Assembly: GCA_038230075.1 (NCBI GenBank)
Contig: JBBRNV010000005.1
Coordinates: forward strand, 14,071 to 78,070
Direction: 5' to 3'
Source of the DNA: Minisyncoccia bacterium
GTDB taxonomy: Bacteria; Patescibacteriota; Minisyncoccia; Phycocordibacterales; CALRBL01
Length of the DNA stretch: 64,000 nucleotides
Part shown: in pieces, positions 18,210 through 28,432 of the stretch
How the letters are laid out: each line of letters opens with the position of its first letter
How positions within the stretch are numbered: position 1 is the first letter of the stretch
Notes under the pieces: model-generated
Database searches by the model: none
Seen by the model: the letters and a program-made list of their open reading frames with translations, nothing else
Told to the model about the DNA's origin: nothing
Position numbers and translations under genes: made by a program

Positions 18210-19489
18210 TACAGCGGATTATGGTCTTTTCGGAAGAATTTAACAAGGGGTTGATATGAATACTCTACCGCTCTAATAATGAGAATAAAAAAAGTCACAG
18301 TAAAAAGGCCAAGTGAAAATCCGGCAATAACATCGGTCGGCCAATGAACTCTAAGATAAATTCGACTAATTCCAACAAGTAACGGATAGAACAAGCAAAC
18401 AAGAAGAAATAAAAATTTATTTGTTCGTGAATCAATGTACTTTTTAAATACGAAGAAAATGAGAAGCGCATACATGGTTGAAAAGTTGGTATGTCCACTT
18501 GGAAAACTTAAAGACAGAACATTAATCAGAGCATTTTGAGGACGATCAATGTTTGTTACTAGTTTGAAAAAGTTATCGACAAGCACCCCTCCTCCAAGCA
18601 CCAAAGGAATGAGAATAGCATCAGTCCAATATCTTTTGTACAAAACATATGCAAACAGTAGTACCGATAATACCGCCGCAACGGCTGGATCTGCCAAGTG
18701 TGTGACGAATGTAAAAAATGATGTGAGAGTGGGTGTCGTAATCGAAGGAAGCCAACCATTAATGGTTTGATCAAATGTGCTCAACCACTCGTGATCAATG
18801 ACACCCTCGAGGGTATAACAAAAAATTAAAATGGCGGAGATGTTAAAAAATAATGCGTAAACATGATATTTTTTAAATACTTGATGACGATGATTAAGGA
18901 ATCGATATCCTAAAATAAGCCCAATTATAAGAACAATTGCTGCAAGAATAAAGGCGCTGAAGTATTGAATCGCAAGTTCGATTCCCTGTCCAAAGATATA
19001 TCCACCAACAAGATGTACCACCGCCCAGAACACTGAAGAAACAAGTGATGATGCAACAAATGCTCCAAATGAGTAGTTGGTTGAGCCAAAAATAACTGGC
19101 GAAATTGCACGAGTTACTGAATTAAATCGTCCGATAATAATTGTTTTTATTGGATGAGCTTCAACAACCGATTTCACTCTATCAATATTCTTTTTTCCAA
19201 TAAAAGCATATCCGGAAAGTTTTTCAAGAAAATGATTTCCGTATTTTTTCCCAACTACATATCCTAAAATATCTCCGAGAAATCCTCCGGCAGTTGCAAT
19301 GAAAATAAGAGGAACAAGATGGATCTTTTGAACATGCGCAGTGATTCCAAGAATAACAGTGATTGATGAACCCGGAACAATTGAGCCAACAATTGGTAAT
19401 CCTTCAACAAATGCCGCGAGAAAAGCAATGGGAAAACTGAAGGTTTGAATAAGAGGCTCTATCACCTTTAAAAGATGATGCAGTAACAT
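18209..19489 (-). CDS. DedA-PAP2 phosphatase fusion membrane protein
   Basis: N-half DedA (VPG, LGD..GY..G, GRF); C-half PAP2 (K.....RP, SFPSGH, SRIYL.VHWPTDV.AG). Confidence 0.88.
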   Translation of the reverse strand: MLLHHLLKVIEPLIQTFSFPIAFLAAFVEGLPIVGSIVPGSSITVILGITAHVQKIHLVPLIFIATAGGFLGDILGYVVGKKYGNHFLEKLSGYAFIGKKNIDRVKSVVEAHPIKTIIIGRFNSVTRAISPVIFGSTNYSFGAFVASSLVSSVFWAVVHLVGGYIFGQGIELAIQYFSAFILAAIVLIIGLILGYRFLNHRHQVFKKYHVYALFFNISAILIFCYTLEGVIDHEWLSTFDQTINGWLPSITTPTLTSFFTFVTHLADPAVAAVLSVLLFAYVLYKRYWTDAILIPLVLGGGVLVDNFFKLVTNIDRPQNALINVLSLSFPSGHTNFSTMYALLIFFVFKKYIDSRTNKFLFLLVCLFYPLLVGISRIYLRVHWPTDVIAGFSLGLFTVTFFILIIRAVEYSYQPLVKFFRKDHNPL

Positions 19490-19491
19490 AA

Positions 19492-20241
19492 TTAATAAGC
19501 AGCACTTGAGGCAGATGTATCAACTGTTACTGGAACTGAAGTTGAAGATGAAGATGAAGATGTCGTGGCGTTTGTTGTCCCTCCTTCTTTTTTTGCCAAT
19601 TCTTTTTCAATTGCATCCTTAATTGTTTTAAAATCTGCCACACGAACAGTTGATTCTCCAACAAAGAATGTTGGTGTTGAAATAACACCAAGTATATCTC
19701 CATCACTCATGTCAGCTTTAATTTTATCGACAATACTTGCATTGTCACTATCTTTTTTAAACTTTTCAACATCGAGATTGAGAAGTTGTGCATACTTTTC
19801 AAAAGTGGGCTTTGCATCAACAAGCTCTGACCATTCATTTTGGTGTTCATACAACATGTCATGCATTTCAAAATACTTTCCTTGCATTCCAGCAGCCTCA
19901 GCAGCTTTTGCGGCAGGAAGAGCATTTGGATGAATGTTAAGAGGGTAATTTCGAAAAACAAATGTGACACGGTCTCCATATGTTTCAAGAAGTGTTTTAA
20001 TCATAGGATACGCTCCCCCACACGCAGGACATTGATAGTCTCCAAATTCAACTAATTTTATTTTTTCTTCTTTTGATGCAGGAATAGCTCGAGAATCATT
20101 GTGAGCAAGTAATTCCGGATGAGAAATAGCTCCTTCTTCTATATTCGAAGGAATACTTCCTGAATATAACCATCCTCCGATTGCTAAAATAGCAACACAC
20201 ACTGCGGCAATACTAACGATGATTTTAGTTTCTGAATTCAT
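19492..20241 (-). CDS. DsbA/BdbD-like thiol-disulfide oxidoreductase
   Basis: EFGDYQCPAC, FRNYPL..H, G...TPTFF; N-terminal anchor. Confidence 0.9.
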   Translation of the reverse strand: MNSETKIIVSIAAVCVAILAIGGWLYSGSIPSNIEEGAISHPELLAHNDSRAIPASKEEKIKLVEFGDYQCPACGGAYPMIKTLLETYGDRVTFVFRNYPLNIHPNALPAAKAAEAAGMQGKYFEMHDMLYEHQNEWSELVDAKPTFEKYAQLLNLDVEKFKKDSDNASIVDKIKADMSDGDILGVISTPTFFVGESTVRVADFKTIKDAIEKELAKKEGGTTNATTSSSSSSTSVPVTVDTSASSAAY

Positions 20242-20250
20242 ATATTTATA

Positions 20251-20703
20251 TTATATACCCTTTTCTGACGAGGTATTCTGATTATATCGGCTATTAAGAT
20301 AGACAAGGACAATAATAACGCTAAACGCCACAAAGGCCATAAATGGAATGGTGATGAATCCCAAATATCCAACAAACCTTGTAGTACATGACACACCTTG
20401 TTGGCATGGGGCTGCCGCTTCTGGAATAATTTTATAATAAAGAAGATTGTGAAAAAGTGAGATGAGCCATCCAAACGAAGCCAGTGGCAAGACATATTTT
20501 GATACAAAATGATCTTTTCGTGCATATGCAACAGCAAGAATAAGCACAAGTGGATACATAAAAATACGCTGATACCAACAAAGAACACAAGGTGTGTAAT
20601 GCTTTATTTCACTATAATAAAGACTGCCAAGCATGGCTGCAATTGACTGAAGCCAGGCTAGTAATAACAGATTCCGCTTAACCCATGAAGATAATGTAGA
20701 CAT
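20251..20703 (-). CDS. Disulfide bond formation protein DsbB/BdbC
   Basis: GSLYYSE, PCVLCWYQRIFMYP, second Cys pair, TIPF. Confidence 0.92.
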   Translation of the reverse strand: MSTLSSWVKRNLLLLAWLQSIAAMLGSLYYSEIKHYTPCVLCWYQRIFMYPLVLILAVAYARKDHFVSKYVLPLASFGWLISLFHNLLYYKIIPEAAAPCQQGVSCTTRFVGYLGFITIPFMAFVAFSVIIVLVYLNSRYNQNTSSEKGI

Positions 20704-20704
20704 T

Positions 20705-20761
20705 AAGACATCATAACAAAATCACCCCCATTTAAAAGGGGTGATTTTGTTATGATGTCTT
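20705..20761. terminator. 24-bp perfect inverted repeat overlapping the -10 box of the dsbB-like gene
   Basis: aagacatcataacaaaatcacccc / ggggtgattttgttatgatgtctt with a 9-nt loop. Confidence 0.65.
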
Positions 20762-20772
20762 CTGTTTCGATC

Positions 20773-21501
20773 TTACTTAACTGTTCCGAGTGCTGTTTTC
20801 AAATCTTGAGTTGCCTGAGAAACAAGAGTTTTAAATGTTGCTTCTGTTGCAGAAATTGAAGTTTTTCGTGCCACCTGAAGTGCGGCGACCTCATCTTTTA
20901 CTTTTGGAAGCTGTTCCACTGAAGTCTTAAATGTTGCTTTTGCAGAAGTAATACCTGTTTGCAAATGTGCCTTTGCATCTTTGCTTGTCACACCATTTGC
21001 ACATTCTGACTTTGCTGTAGCGACTAAAGTGTCAACTGATTGTGTGAGTGTTGCCAACGCTCCATCGATACCTGTTTTTCGTCCATCTATTAATTGTGAT
21101 ACTCCTGTTGAAAACGTAGCAATTGCAGAATCTATAGCAGCTCGCTTAGTTGCAACTCCTGTATTAATAGTCGCCTCATAGGTAGCAACGATTTGTTTCT
21201 GGGCGTCAGTTTTTGCTTTCGCTTCTAATTTTGAAAAGTGTCCATCTCGATTGTTATTCCATTGATCTCTTTTTGCATAAAGTTTTGACCCAGCACTCAC
21301 TTCTTTTGCCTTAAGTGCATCTGCTTGCGATTGTTTTTTTGCAAGCAAGACATTTGTCTTTGATGCAATAGAATCTACATTCGTACAAAAATCTCCTTTT
21401 AGAGTTGTTGTTGCAGTAGCTGCAAATGAAGAAACTGGCACTACAACTGTTGCGATTAGTGCGAAAACTGATAATACTTTAGCTGTTCTTGTGATTAACA
21501 T
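20773..21501 (-). CDS. Secreted Ala/Lys/Thr-rich helical protein
   Basis: Signal peptide ending SSFA; coiled-coil-like composition; two Cys. Confidence 0.7.
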   Translation of the reverse strand: MLITRTAKVLSVFALIATVVVPVSSFAATATTTLKGDFCTNVDSIASKTNVLLAKKQSQADALKAKEVSAGSKLYAKRDQWNNNRDGHFSKLEAKAKTDAQKQIVATYEATINTGVATKRAAIDSAIATFSTGVSQLIDGRKTGIDGALATLTQSVDTLVATAKSECANGVTSKDAKAHLQTGITSAKATFKTSVEQLPKVKDEVAALQVARKTSISATEATFKTLVSQATQDLKTALGTVK

Positions 21502-21502
21502 A

Positions 21503-21928
21503 TTAAATTTCATTAGTGTTATTTGTATTTGTAATTGAATCAATTTCTATATCGGTGAGGTTAGCGATGGTTTCATATTGACCATCTTCAATGCTTTCGA
21601 TATAACCTTCCTCGTCTTGATTTGAAATATCGTACGCCATTTTATCTATACTGAAAGAAGGTTCATATGTATTTGTTTTGTACACATAACCACTTATTCC
21701 AATAAAAATACTGATTGCTGTAAATATTCCAACCACCTTTACTGAACTCGATCTCTTTATATAACGAGCATAAGGTGAAGATGTGACAATAGGTTGTTGT
21801 GAAAAGTTTTTAATAAGTCCTTCGAACTTTGTGAAGGATGGAATGGTTAATTCTTTTAAATCAACAAAAGCACGTTGAATCAGCTGTTCCTCACTTTCTT
21901 GTATTAAATTATCTTGTTTATTATTCAT
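21503..21928 (-). CDS. Putative anti-sigma factor (single TM)
   Basis: Directly after an ECF sigma; central hydrophobic helix; acidic C-terminus. Confidence 0.55.
   Translation of the reverse strand: MNNKQDNLIQESEEQLIQRAFVDLKELTIPSFTKFEGLIKNFSQQPIVTSSPYARYIKRSSSVKVVGIFTAISIFIGISGYVYKTNTYEPSFSIDKMAYDISNQDEEGYIESIEDGQYETIANLTDIEIDSITNTNNTNEI
21756..21787 (-). promoter_or_regulatory. Putative ECF promoter, copy 2 (GTCACA-N15-CGTTATATAAA)
   Basis: Same boxes and spacing as the motif before the sigma gene. Confidence 0.6.
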
Positions 21929-21941
21929 GTTACTTAAGCAG

Positions 21942-22514
21942 TCATGTTGATCGTGTCTTTTTATCAAAATTTACTTCATCTCTTTTTAAAATATCTCTCA
22001 ATCTTTTTATCCCTCTCGATTGCAATTGTCTAATCGCATCAAGATTTTTGTGAAGAATCCGAGAAATCTCTTCATTCGATAATTCAGAAAGAAATCTAAA
22101 CTCAAGTACTTCGCGCTCTCCACAACTAAGTTCTGCGAGCGCTTTATATAACCACACTGACCATTCTTTTTTCTCAAATAAAGAATCTTGTGGATCAAGA
22201 TCTGTTGCATATGTATTTAACACCTCATCATCAACAATAACCTCTCTACTCTTCTTCTTGAAATCTATGATGGCGTTTCGAGACATCGTATATAAATATG
22301 GAAGTAATGTCACCTCACCTTTTGATTCTCGAATTTCATAACGCTTCAATGCATCAATAAACTTTATAAATATATTCTGTACAATATCTTCAGCATCTTC
22401 TTTTTTTCCAACACGCAGTAAGATATATCGATACACCGGTGTGTAATATGTTTTATATAGTAGCTCAATCGCAGACCTATCTCCTTGTATTGCCTTTTCA
22501 ACAATGTCTTTCAT
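21942..22514 (-). CDS. ECF-type RNA polymerase sigma factor
   Basis: DAEDIVQNIF, YLY..SRN.IID, EREVLE.RF...LS.EEIS.IL, regions 2 and 4 only. Confidence 0.92.
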   Translation of the reverse strand: MKDIVEKAIQGDRSAIELLYKTYYTPVYRYILLRVGKKEDAEDIVQNIFIKFIDALKRYEIRESKGEVTLLPYLYTMSRNAIIDFKKKSREVIVDDEVLNTYATDLDPQDSLFEKKEWSVWLYKALAELSCGEREVLEFRFLSELSNEEISRILHKNLDAIRQLQSRGIKRLRDILKRDEVNFDKKTRST

Positions 22515-22545
22515 TTATATAACGAATGATTAGATTATTTGTGAC
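22514..22545 (-). promoter_or_regulatory. Putative autoregulatory ECF promoter (GTCACA-N15-CGTTATATAAA)
   Basis: Abuts the sigma start codon; CGT -10 typical of ECF promoters; repeated at 21756-21787. Confidence 0.6.
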
Positions 22546-22547
22546 TT

Positions 22548-23309
22548 TTAAAGCATTGCGAACGAAATAACAAAGTAGATAAAACCCGCACCAAGAATAG
22601 TTGCAATGGTAGTAATTGTTCGTGGGTGAGCATGGTGACTTTCGGGAATCAAGTCGCTCGCACCTATATATAAAAAGAAGCCACAGAACACAGCGAGTAA
22701 TAATCCAAAATATCGATCAGGAATAGTAAAAAAGAGTGTAGAAATAATTCCAAGCACAGGAGCCAGAGCATCAGCAATTAACCATTTAAAAGCGTTCGTT
22801 GGTTTTCCTTTATTTTTTAATACAACTGAAACAGTATTTAAACCATCTGAAAAATCGTGAGCAAGAACTGCGAGTGCAACAACCGCACCAACAACAGGCG
22901 ATGCTTGAAATGCCAAACCAATCGCAACACCGTCTAGGAAGCTGTGAATCGATAAACTTGCCGCACCAAGAAATCCCTTTCTCTGATGTAGTTCGTTAGC
23001 ACACTCAACCTCATTTTCATCTTCCTCGTGATTATGTCCGTGCGTGTGGTGACCATGCGCATGAAGCATAAAGAGTCGATCAAGAAACATATAGAATAGA
23101 AAGCCAAGAGCGATGCATAGAGTAACCTTCTCTACACCAAACGAACTTCCGAGCGATAAAGCTTCGGGCATCAAATCAAAAAAAGCTACACCAATAACTG
23201 CACCCGCACTAAAACCCAACACTCCGTGAAGTGCATCTTTTTGAAGAATTCCAAAAACACCTCCAGCAATGGTTGCTAAAAATGTTCCGATGGCAAAAAG
23301 TAGTAACAT
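22548..23309 (-). CDS. ZIP-family metal transporter
   Basis: His-rich loop, HSFLDG, HDFSDG, DLIPESH. Confidence 0.9.
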   Translation of the reverse strand: MLLLFAIGTFLATIAGGVFGILQKDALHGVLGFSAGAVIGVAFFDLMPEALSLGSSFGVEKVTLCIALGFLFYMFLDRLFMLHAHGHHTHGHNHEEDENEVECANELHQRKGFLGAASLSIHSFLDGVAIGLAFQASPVVGAVVALAVLAHDFSDGLNTVSVVLKNKGKPTNAFKWLIADALAPVLGIISTLFFTIPDRYFGLLLAVFCGFFLYIGASDLIPESHHAHPRTITTIATILGAGFIYFVISFAML

Positions 23310-23348
23310 GTTGAAAAGTATAACACATCGATATTTGAAGCTCTCAAA

Positions 23349-24524
23349 TTAGATGAACCGTTCCTTCAACCTTAAGAAAGGTTGCTCGATATATGTATAT
23401 GAAAGATGAGCAATGCCAATAGTTCCTCCTAAGATCAGAATGGATAGTGGAATAAACTTCCAAACCGATAGCCCTTCATCCCCTATCGACTGAATATTCA
23501 ATAGTCGAAGTAAAACAGTGAGAACAATTAAATGATAGACGTACAGGCCGTATGATATTTTTCCAAGATGCACAAAAAAACTCTTCATCTTTTCTTTCAT
23601 TCTTATCATATTTTTATTTTCTTTTTTAGATTCAGCAAATGCAGCGATCATAATAATTAATCCAAATGAAAGTGCAAAAACTAACAAACTAACGACTGAA
23701 AAATATGCATTTGAAGCATCACCTAAAATAGATCCACGTATAAAAAGAATAATGAGTGAAGCAAGAGTCGCAATCTTCCAAAAGTAAGAACCGTATTTCG
23801 AAACAAACTGTACGACCACTTCTCTATACAGAAACGAAAAAGATCCAATGAGCGCACCGACAAATAAATATCCCATAATACTAAATGTATAAAACTCACG
23901 TATTTCAAATGTTCCGGCATATACAAATCGATGATAGAGAGAAATGAAGAGGCCACACATGGTGACAAAAACAACACCTCGCACTCCTATATATTTCCGA
24001 AACAAGAAAAAGAGAAGCGGCCATACAAGATAAAACTGCTCTTCGACCGCAATTGACCACAAGACTGCAATCATATCGTTTGTCACGTCCCAAAATGCTC
24101 GATATATATTTCCAAGCAAAAATACATAACAAAGTAACTCTTCTTTAACAATCGCAGTTTTAAGAACGTCAAAGTTTTTGGTGAACAATGAAATGAGACA
24201 AACAAGAATGATAACTAAAAAATATAATGGCCAAATACGAAGAACTCGACGTATGTAAAACTTTCGAAAAGAAATACTTTTTGTTCTATCAAATTCTTTC
24301 TCAAGTAGATACGTAATTAAAAATCCACTTAAAACAAAAAAGAAACCTACGCCGATATCCCCTATTTGAAAAAGTGTCCACGACCACGATTTAGGCTCCC
24401 ACACACTCGAAGGAGTTTTTAAAAATGCGGTTATATGGTTAATAAAAACCACAAAAAAAGCGAAGAAACGTAGTATATCGAGTCGAAAAAAGTAGTCTTT
24501 TGAAGAAGTGTGTTCGGAGGTCAT
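23349..24524 (-). CDS. Acyltransferase-3 (OafA-like) membrane acyltransferase
   Basis: LDILR, FFVLSGFLIT, RRVLRIWP, WSIAVEEQFY, GKISYGLYVYH. Confidence 0.9.
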   Translation of the reverse strand: MTSEHTSSKDYFFRLDILRFFAFFVVFINHITAFLKTPSSVWEPKSWSWTLFQIGDIGVGFFFVLSGFLITYLLEKEFDRTKSISFRKFYIRRVLRIWPLYFLVIILVCLISLFTKNFDVLKTAIVKEELLCYVFLLGNIYRAFWDVTNDMIAVLWSIAVEEQFYLVWPLLFFLFRKYIGVRGVVFVTMCGLFISLYHRFVYAGTFEIREFYTFSIMGYLFVGALIGSFSFLYREVVVQFVSKYGSYFWKIATLASLIILFIRGSILGDASNAYFSVVSLLVFALSFGLIIMIAAFAESKKENKNMIRMKEKMKSFFVHLGKISYGLYVYHLIVLTVLLRLLNIQSIGDEGLSVWKFIPLSILILGGTIGIAHLSYTYIEQPFLRLKERFI

Positions 24525-24525
24525 A

Positions 24526-24807
24526 CTACTCTTGTAACATCTTTTTTCTTTTTTCGGTATAGTCCCACCAAGGTTTTGCAGGTGCACCATTCATAAAATC
24601 AACAGCGGCAAGGAATGTATCAAGAACGCAAGGGTCATGCGTTACTCCTGTTTTTCTGCAAAGGGTCTTATACATTGTAAGCCCATCAGACTTTTGTAGG
24701 TCAGAAGGCGCGTGAATTCCAAGTAATGCAAAGTCTTCAATCATTGCTGGGCCGATATTTGGAATATCTTTTAACAACAATGCTTCTTTGTGTGTTTTGG
24801 CTTTCAT
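24526..24807 (-). CDS. Small helix-hairpin-helix protein (mitomycin-resistance McrB/Cdd1-like)
   Basis: IPNIGPAM..D..LLGI, HDPCVLDTF, PWW. Confidence 0.75.
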   Translation of the reverse strand: MKAKTHKEALLLKDIPNIGPAMIEDFALLGIHAPSDLQKSDGLTMYKTLCRKTGVTHDPCVLDTFLAAVDFMNGAPAKPWWDYTEKRKKMLQE

Positions 24808-24812
24808 TAAAA

Positions 24813-25439
24813 CTAGTTAAACATTTCGTACTGCTTCTTAAACACCCGCTTGGCGATCTCTAAAATTCCATAGGTGATAAAAAATGCTGAGAATACATCG
24901 ATTGAATAGTGAAGATGGCCAATAATTACTGCAACAGATCCTATGATAGTGCAAAGTAAAAAATAATATCGAAGATAGGCAAACCTCCAAAAAATAAGTG
25001 TGAGAAGAAATGGAAACCCTGTGTGTCCTGAGAAAAATAAGTCATTTCCAGAATCTAAACTGAAAAGAACTTGCTTAACATGATGTTCATATTCGTAGTA
25101 ACTATAGTGAGCGACAGCTGGAGCTGAGAGATGTGTCATCACCATAAATATTGAACGAATGATAAAAAAGAGTGCACTAGCAACCAACGTGAAGGGAATC
25201 GATTCGGGAATAAGAACGAGAACACATACAGCAGTAATAATAAAAAAGAATAATCCTTGAAAGAAAATATAGGAAACATCGATGGTTGGAAGATGATCGA
25301 GAAGAATATCTGGAACAACATATCCTAAATATCCCCCAATATATGTTCGGGCTATTCCTGCAGCAATAAGACTAACAATTAATAAGACCAGATTTACCCC
25401 AACCTTAATAAGAAACTTCTTATCTTTCCATAAAGACAT
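24813..25439 (-). CDS. Sphingomyelin-synthase-like PAP2 membrane protein
   Basis: DLFFSGHT and HLHYSIDV motifs; D.LLD.LP. Confidence 0.8.
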   Translation of the reverse strand: MSLWKDKKFLIKVGVNLVLLIVSLIAAGIARTYIGGYLGYVVPDILLDHLPTIDVSYIFFQGLFFFIITAVCVLVLIPESIPFTLVASALFFIIRSIFMVMTHLSAPAVAHYSYYEYEHHVKQVLFSLDSGNDLFFSGHTGFPFLLTLIFWRFAYLRYYFLLCTIIGSVAVIIGHLHYSIDVFSAFFITYGILEIAKRVFKKQYEMFN

Positions 25440-25531
25440 GTGTTTACCGCATAGTATTTTAAGCTGATCAATCAAAGTATTTTGATTATAGTCCAAATGA
25501 CATTATCGGTACAATAAATTATACTTCGAAG

Positions 25532-26116
25532 ATGACCATTTTTAGTCATCTACTTACCCTCATTGAATCGTCAAAATATTTCCTTCTTTTTATTGGTTCA
25601 TATGTAGAAGGATCCGTAGTCATGATGACCGGAGGAATATTGATTCATCTTGGCAGTGCGACAATTCTCAAAACATTTGTTGCATTGTACGCTGGTGATA
25701 TTCTGTCTGACATCACCCTCTATATTGTTGGTTACTTTGGCGCACGAAAACTAGTAGCACGTTTTGGAGGAGTTATTGGAGTAACTCCTGAAATTATCGA
25801 TAAAGTTGAGATACGTTTTAAACGTCATCACTTATGGATACTCATTATTTCTAAACTAACCATGGGTTTTGGTTTGGCTTACGCCACCCTTATCACAGCG
25901 GGTATTACTCGTGTTCCTTTTTGGAAATATCTTTCGGTAAATGCAATTGGCGGAATAGTTTGGATTCCCTTTCTTATGACGCTCGGATATTACTTCGGCA
26001 ATATATTTGATTATATTCCACACCAATTCAAAGTACTTTCATGGATCCTCATTCCAGTTATTTTTATTTTAGTTTTCCGATACGTCACCAAACGACTTGC
26101 AACAGTAGATTGGTAA
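25532..26116 (+). CDS. DedA-family membrane protein
   Basis: EG, GDILSD...Y.VG, SKLT.G, AG...VPF. Confidence 0.85.
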   Translation: MTIFSHLLTLIESSKYFLLFIGSYVEGSVVMMTGGILIHLGSATILKTFVALYAGDILSDITLYIVGYFGARKLVARFGGVIGVTPEIIDKVEIRFKRHHLWILIISKLTMGFGLAYATLITAGITRVPFWKYLSVNAIGGIVWIPFLMTLGYYFGNIFDYIPHQFKVLSWILIPVIFILVFRYVTKRLATVDW

Positions 26117-27226
26117 CTATACCCGACCTTTTTGCATATCACTTTTAAAAGCAGCAAGAACGTCTTCTGGTTGTATTTGTTCTATAAAAGAAAAATTGTT
26201 TGTTTTTATAAAGCGTTGAGTTAATCCCCGACCATGAGACCTATCGATAATAATATCTTCACTGTTTCGAGGTGTATATAAATGCGGTCCAGGACCAAGC
26301 AAAGTAATACTTGGAGTTCCAACAATATTTGCCATATTTCGAGGTCCGCTATCTATACCAATAAAATAATCTGAATCTTTTATCACAAGTAACAACTCAT
26401 AAAGATTCACTTTTCCAATAAGTGATTGAATATCGAGAGATGGTAACTGCGAGACAATAACATCTAAATCTTTTTGTTCTTTATGTGACCCCACAAAGAT
26501 GAATCGAAAATCTCCTAAGGCGGCTAAGAACAAAAGTAATGTCATCCACTTCTCGAGGCTCCAATGATTCATTATCCAACTAGCACCGGTATGAATAATA
26601 ACTTTCTTTCTTGTTGTTTGTAACTCACTTAAAGAATCGAGTTTAGCTGAATCTTCTTGAACTACAGCAAACATCTCATCAAAAGGAATTACTCGCGGAG
26701 CACTTCCTATCATTTCAAATACAACATCAGCCCATCGCTTCGGAGTTTTTCTCAACAAAAGAGAAACGATAAGATGTGGCACATACATGCTGTATGCAAA
26801 TAATCCTGTGTGTAATTTCTCTACACTAATATCTTTTATTTGTTTGTATGCATCTCCACTCATTCTTAATACCAACATCTCTTTGTAATTCCCGAGTTTC
26901 TTTTTGTGTTCACTCACCTGTTCGATATCTCGAGAAAAAACTGACTCGGCAATATACACGTTTCTAATTCCTTTAATTTTTTCTGCAATAGATTTAAGTG
27001 GAGGCGAAACAAGAATATCAATCACGCCTCCTTTATGTTTCTCTATGACATCATGTAGTGCAGGAACCGACACAATAAACTCTCCGATGAGGCAGGTGTT
27101 TACAATAAGAAGATTGTTTGTCGTCACTTCATTTGAATGATCAAAAGTGAAGGCTCTCTTAATAATAAGCAAGCAAAATAAGGGTATTTCTTTGTACAAA
27201 CTAAGGTAGTCAGTATTTAATTTCAT
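26117..27226 (-). CDS. Glycosyltransferase family 9 (heptosyltransferase-like)
   Basis: IGEF...PA, IIHTGASW...W...W, FIGIDSGPRNMA..VGTPSITLLGP. Confidence 0.8.
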   Translation of the reverse strand: MKLNTDYLSLYKEIPLFCLLIIKRAFTFDHSNEVTTNNLLIVNTCLIGEFIVSVPALHDVIEKHKGGVIDILVSPPLKSIAEKIKGIRNVYIAESVFSRDIEQVSEHKKKLGNYKEMLVLRMSGDAYKQIKDISVEKLHTGLFAYSMYVPHLIVSLLLRKTPKRWADVVFEMIGSAPRVIPFDEMFAVVQEDSAKLDSLSELQTTRKKVIIHTGASWIMNHWSLEKWMTLLLFLAALGDFRFIFVGSHKEQKDLDVIVSQLPSLDIQSLIGKVNLYELLLVIKDSDYFIGIDSGPRNMANIVGTPSITLLGPGPHLYTPRNSEDIIIDRSHGRGLTQRFIKTNNFSFIEQIQPEDVLAAFKSDMQKGRV

Positions 27227-27248
27227 GCAAGTCTGTTAGTATTGAAAT

Positions 27249-27971
27249 ATGAATCAAAGGTTTTTCTCGATTATTATACCAGCACACAATGAGGAAGTTC
27301 TTATTGAACAAATGCTTTTATCTTTGAAACAACTAGAATATCCTACTACACATTATGAAGTTATCGTAGTTGAGAATAGCTCTACCGATAAAACATACGA
27401 ACTAAGCAAAATGTATGAATCAAGTAACGTTAAAGTCTTTCAGACGAAAGAGAAGGGGGTATCGAAAGCGCGCAACTTTGGAATACATATGTGCGCACCC
27501 AACACAGAGTGGTCTATCGTACTTGATGCTGACACAAGTTTGAAAAGCTTATTTCTAAATGAACTCAATATGTTTCTCGATATGCACCCATTAGCAACAT
27601 ACGGAATGACTGCACTTACACCAAACAAAAATACTCTTACAGCGAGATTTTGGTTTTGGTATCGAAATCAAACAGATAAATTAATGAAAACATTAGATAC
27701 GATTCATATAGTAAAAAAAGAGTTACTGAGTAAAGTTCACTATAGTGAAGAATTTAACTTTACCGAAGATTTACAATATGCAGATGAATTAAAAAAATGC
27801 GGTGTCTACTTTTTTATGCCAACAAAAAGCCTTATTACCTCAACAAGACGATATGAGGAAAAAGGTTATATGAATATGTTTTTCATGAATCTTATAATAG
27901 GTTTTAAATATATATTCAAAAGAGAATCTTTGAAAAATAAATCTTGGGAAATTATTCGAGAGGATAAGTAA
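27249..27971 (+). CDS. Glycosyltransferase family 2
   Basis: SIIIPAHNEE, EVIVVEN.STD, ARNFG, LDAD, TSTRR. Confidence 0.88.
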   Translation: MNQRFFSIIIPAHNEEVLIEQMLLSLKQLEYPTTHYEVIVVENSSTDKTYELSKMYESSNVKVFQTKEKGVSKARNFGIHMCAPNTEWSIVLDADTSLKSLFLNELNMFLDMHPLATYGMTALTPNKNTLTARFWFWYRNQTDKLMKTLDTIHIVKKELLSKVHYSEEFNFTEDLQYADELKKCGVYFFMPTKSLITSTRRYEEKGYMNMFFMNLIIGFKYIFKRESLKNKSWEIIREDK

Positions 27972-27993
27972 TTGTGTTGTATTTAGGTTTATT

Positions 27994-28428
27994 TTAAAGT
28001 GAATTCTCTTCAATAAAACCTCTAACCAACACACCGATCTGATTCATTGTGACTACGTGTTCTTCAAGAGATGTTCCCTTAGGATCTTTTACATCCCAAT
28101 ATGTTACTTTGCTTGAATTCTTTAAGTAGTCTGGAATAAATTCTGATTCAACTGTTACCACTATTTTATCAGCCCATTCAACCATACCTGGAGTAAGCTG
28201 AGTTCTAGTATTTTCAGCTATTTCAATTCCTTTTTCACGAAGAGGCATGAGAACCTTTTCAATTTCTGGTATTTCTTTAAGCATTTGCCCATCTCTGCTC
28301 TCACCCTCTTTTGAAACAACTGTTGTTCCAGCAGAACTAACTTTATGTTTATTATTGATCTGCTTAAAAAGAGCTTCGGCCATCTGACTCCGTCCAACAT
28401 TTCCCTTGCAAACAAAAAGGATATTCAT
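27994..28428 (-). CDS. Low-molecular-weight phosphatase/arsenate reductase family
   Basis: ILFVCKGNVGRSQMAEA, SAGT, W.V.DP. Confidence 0.88.
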   Translation of the reverse strand: MNILFVCKGNVGRSQMAEALFKQINNKHKVSSAGTTVVSKEGESRDGQMLKEIPEIEKVLMPLREKGIEIAENTRTQLTPGMVEWADKIVVTVESEFIPDYLKNSSKVTYWDVKDPKGTSLEEHVVTMNQIGVLVRGFIEENSL

Positions 28429-28432
28429 AAAT

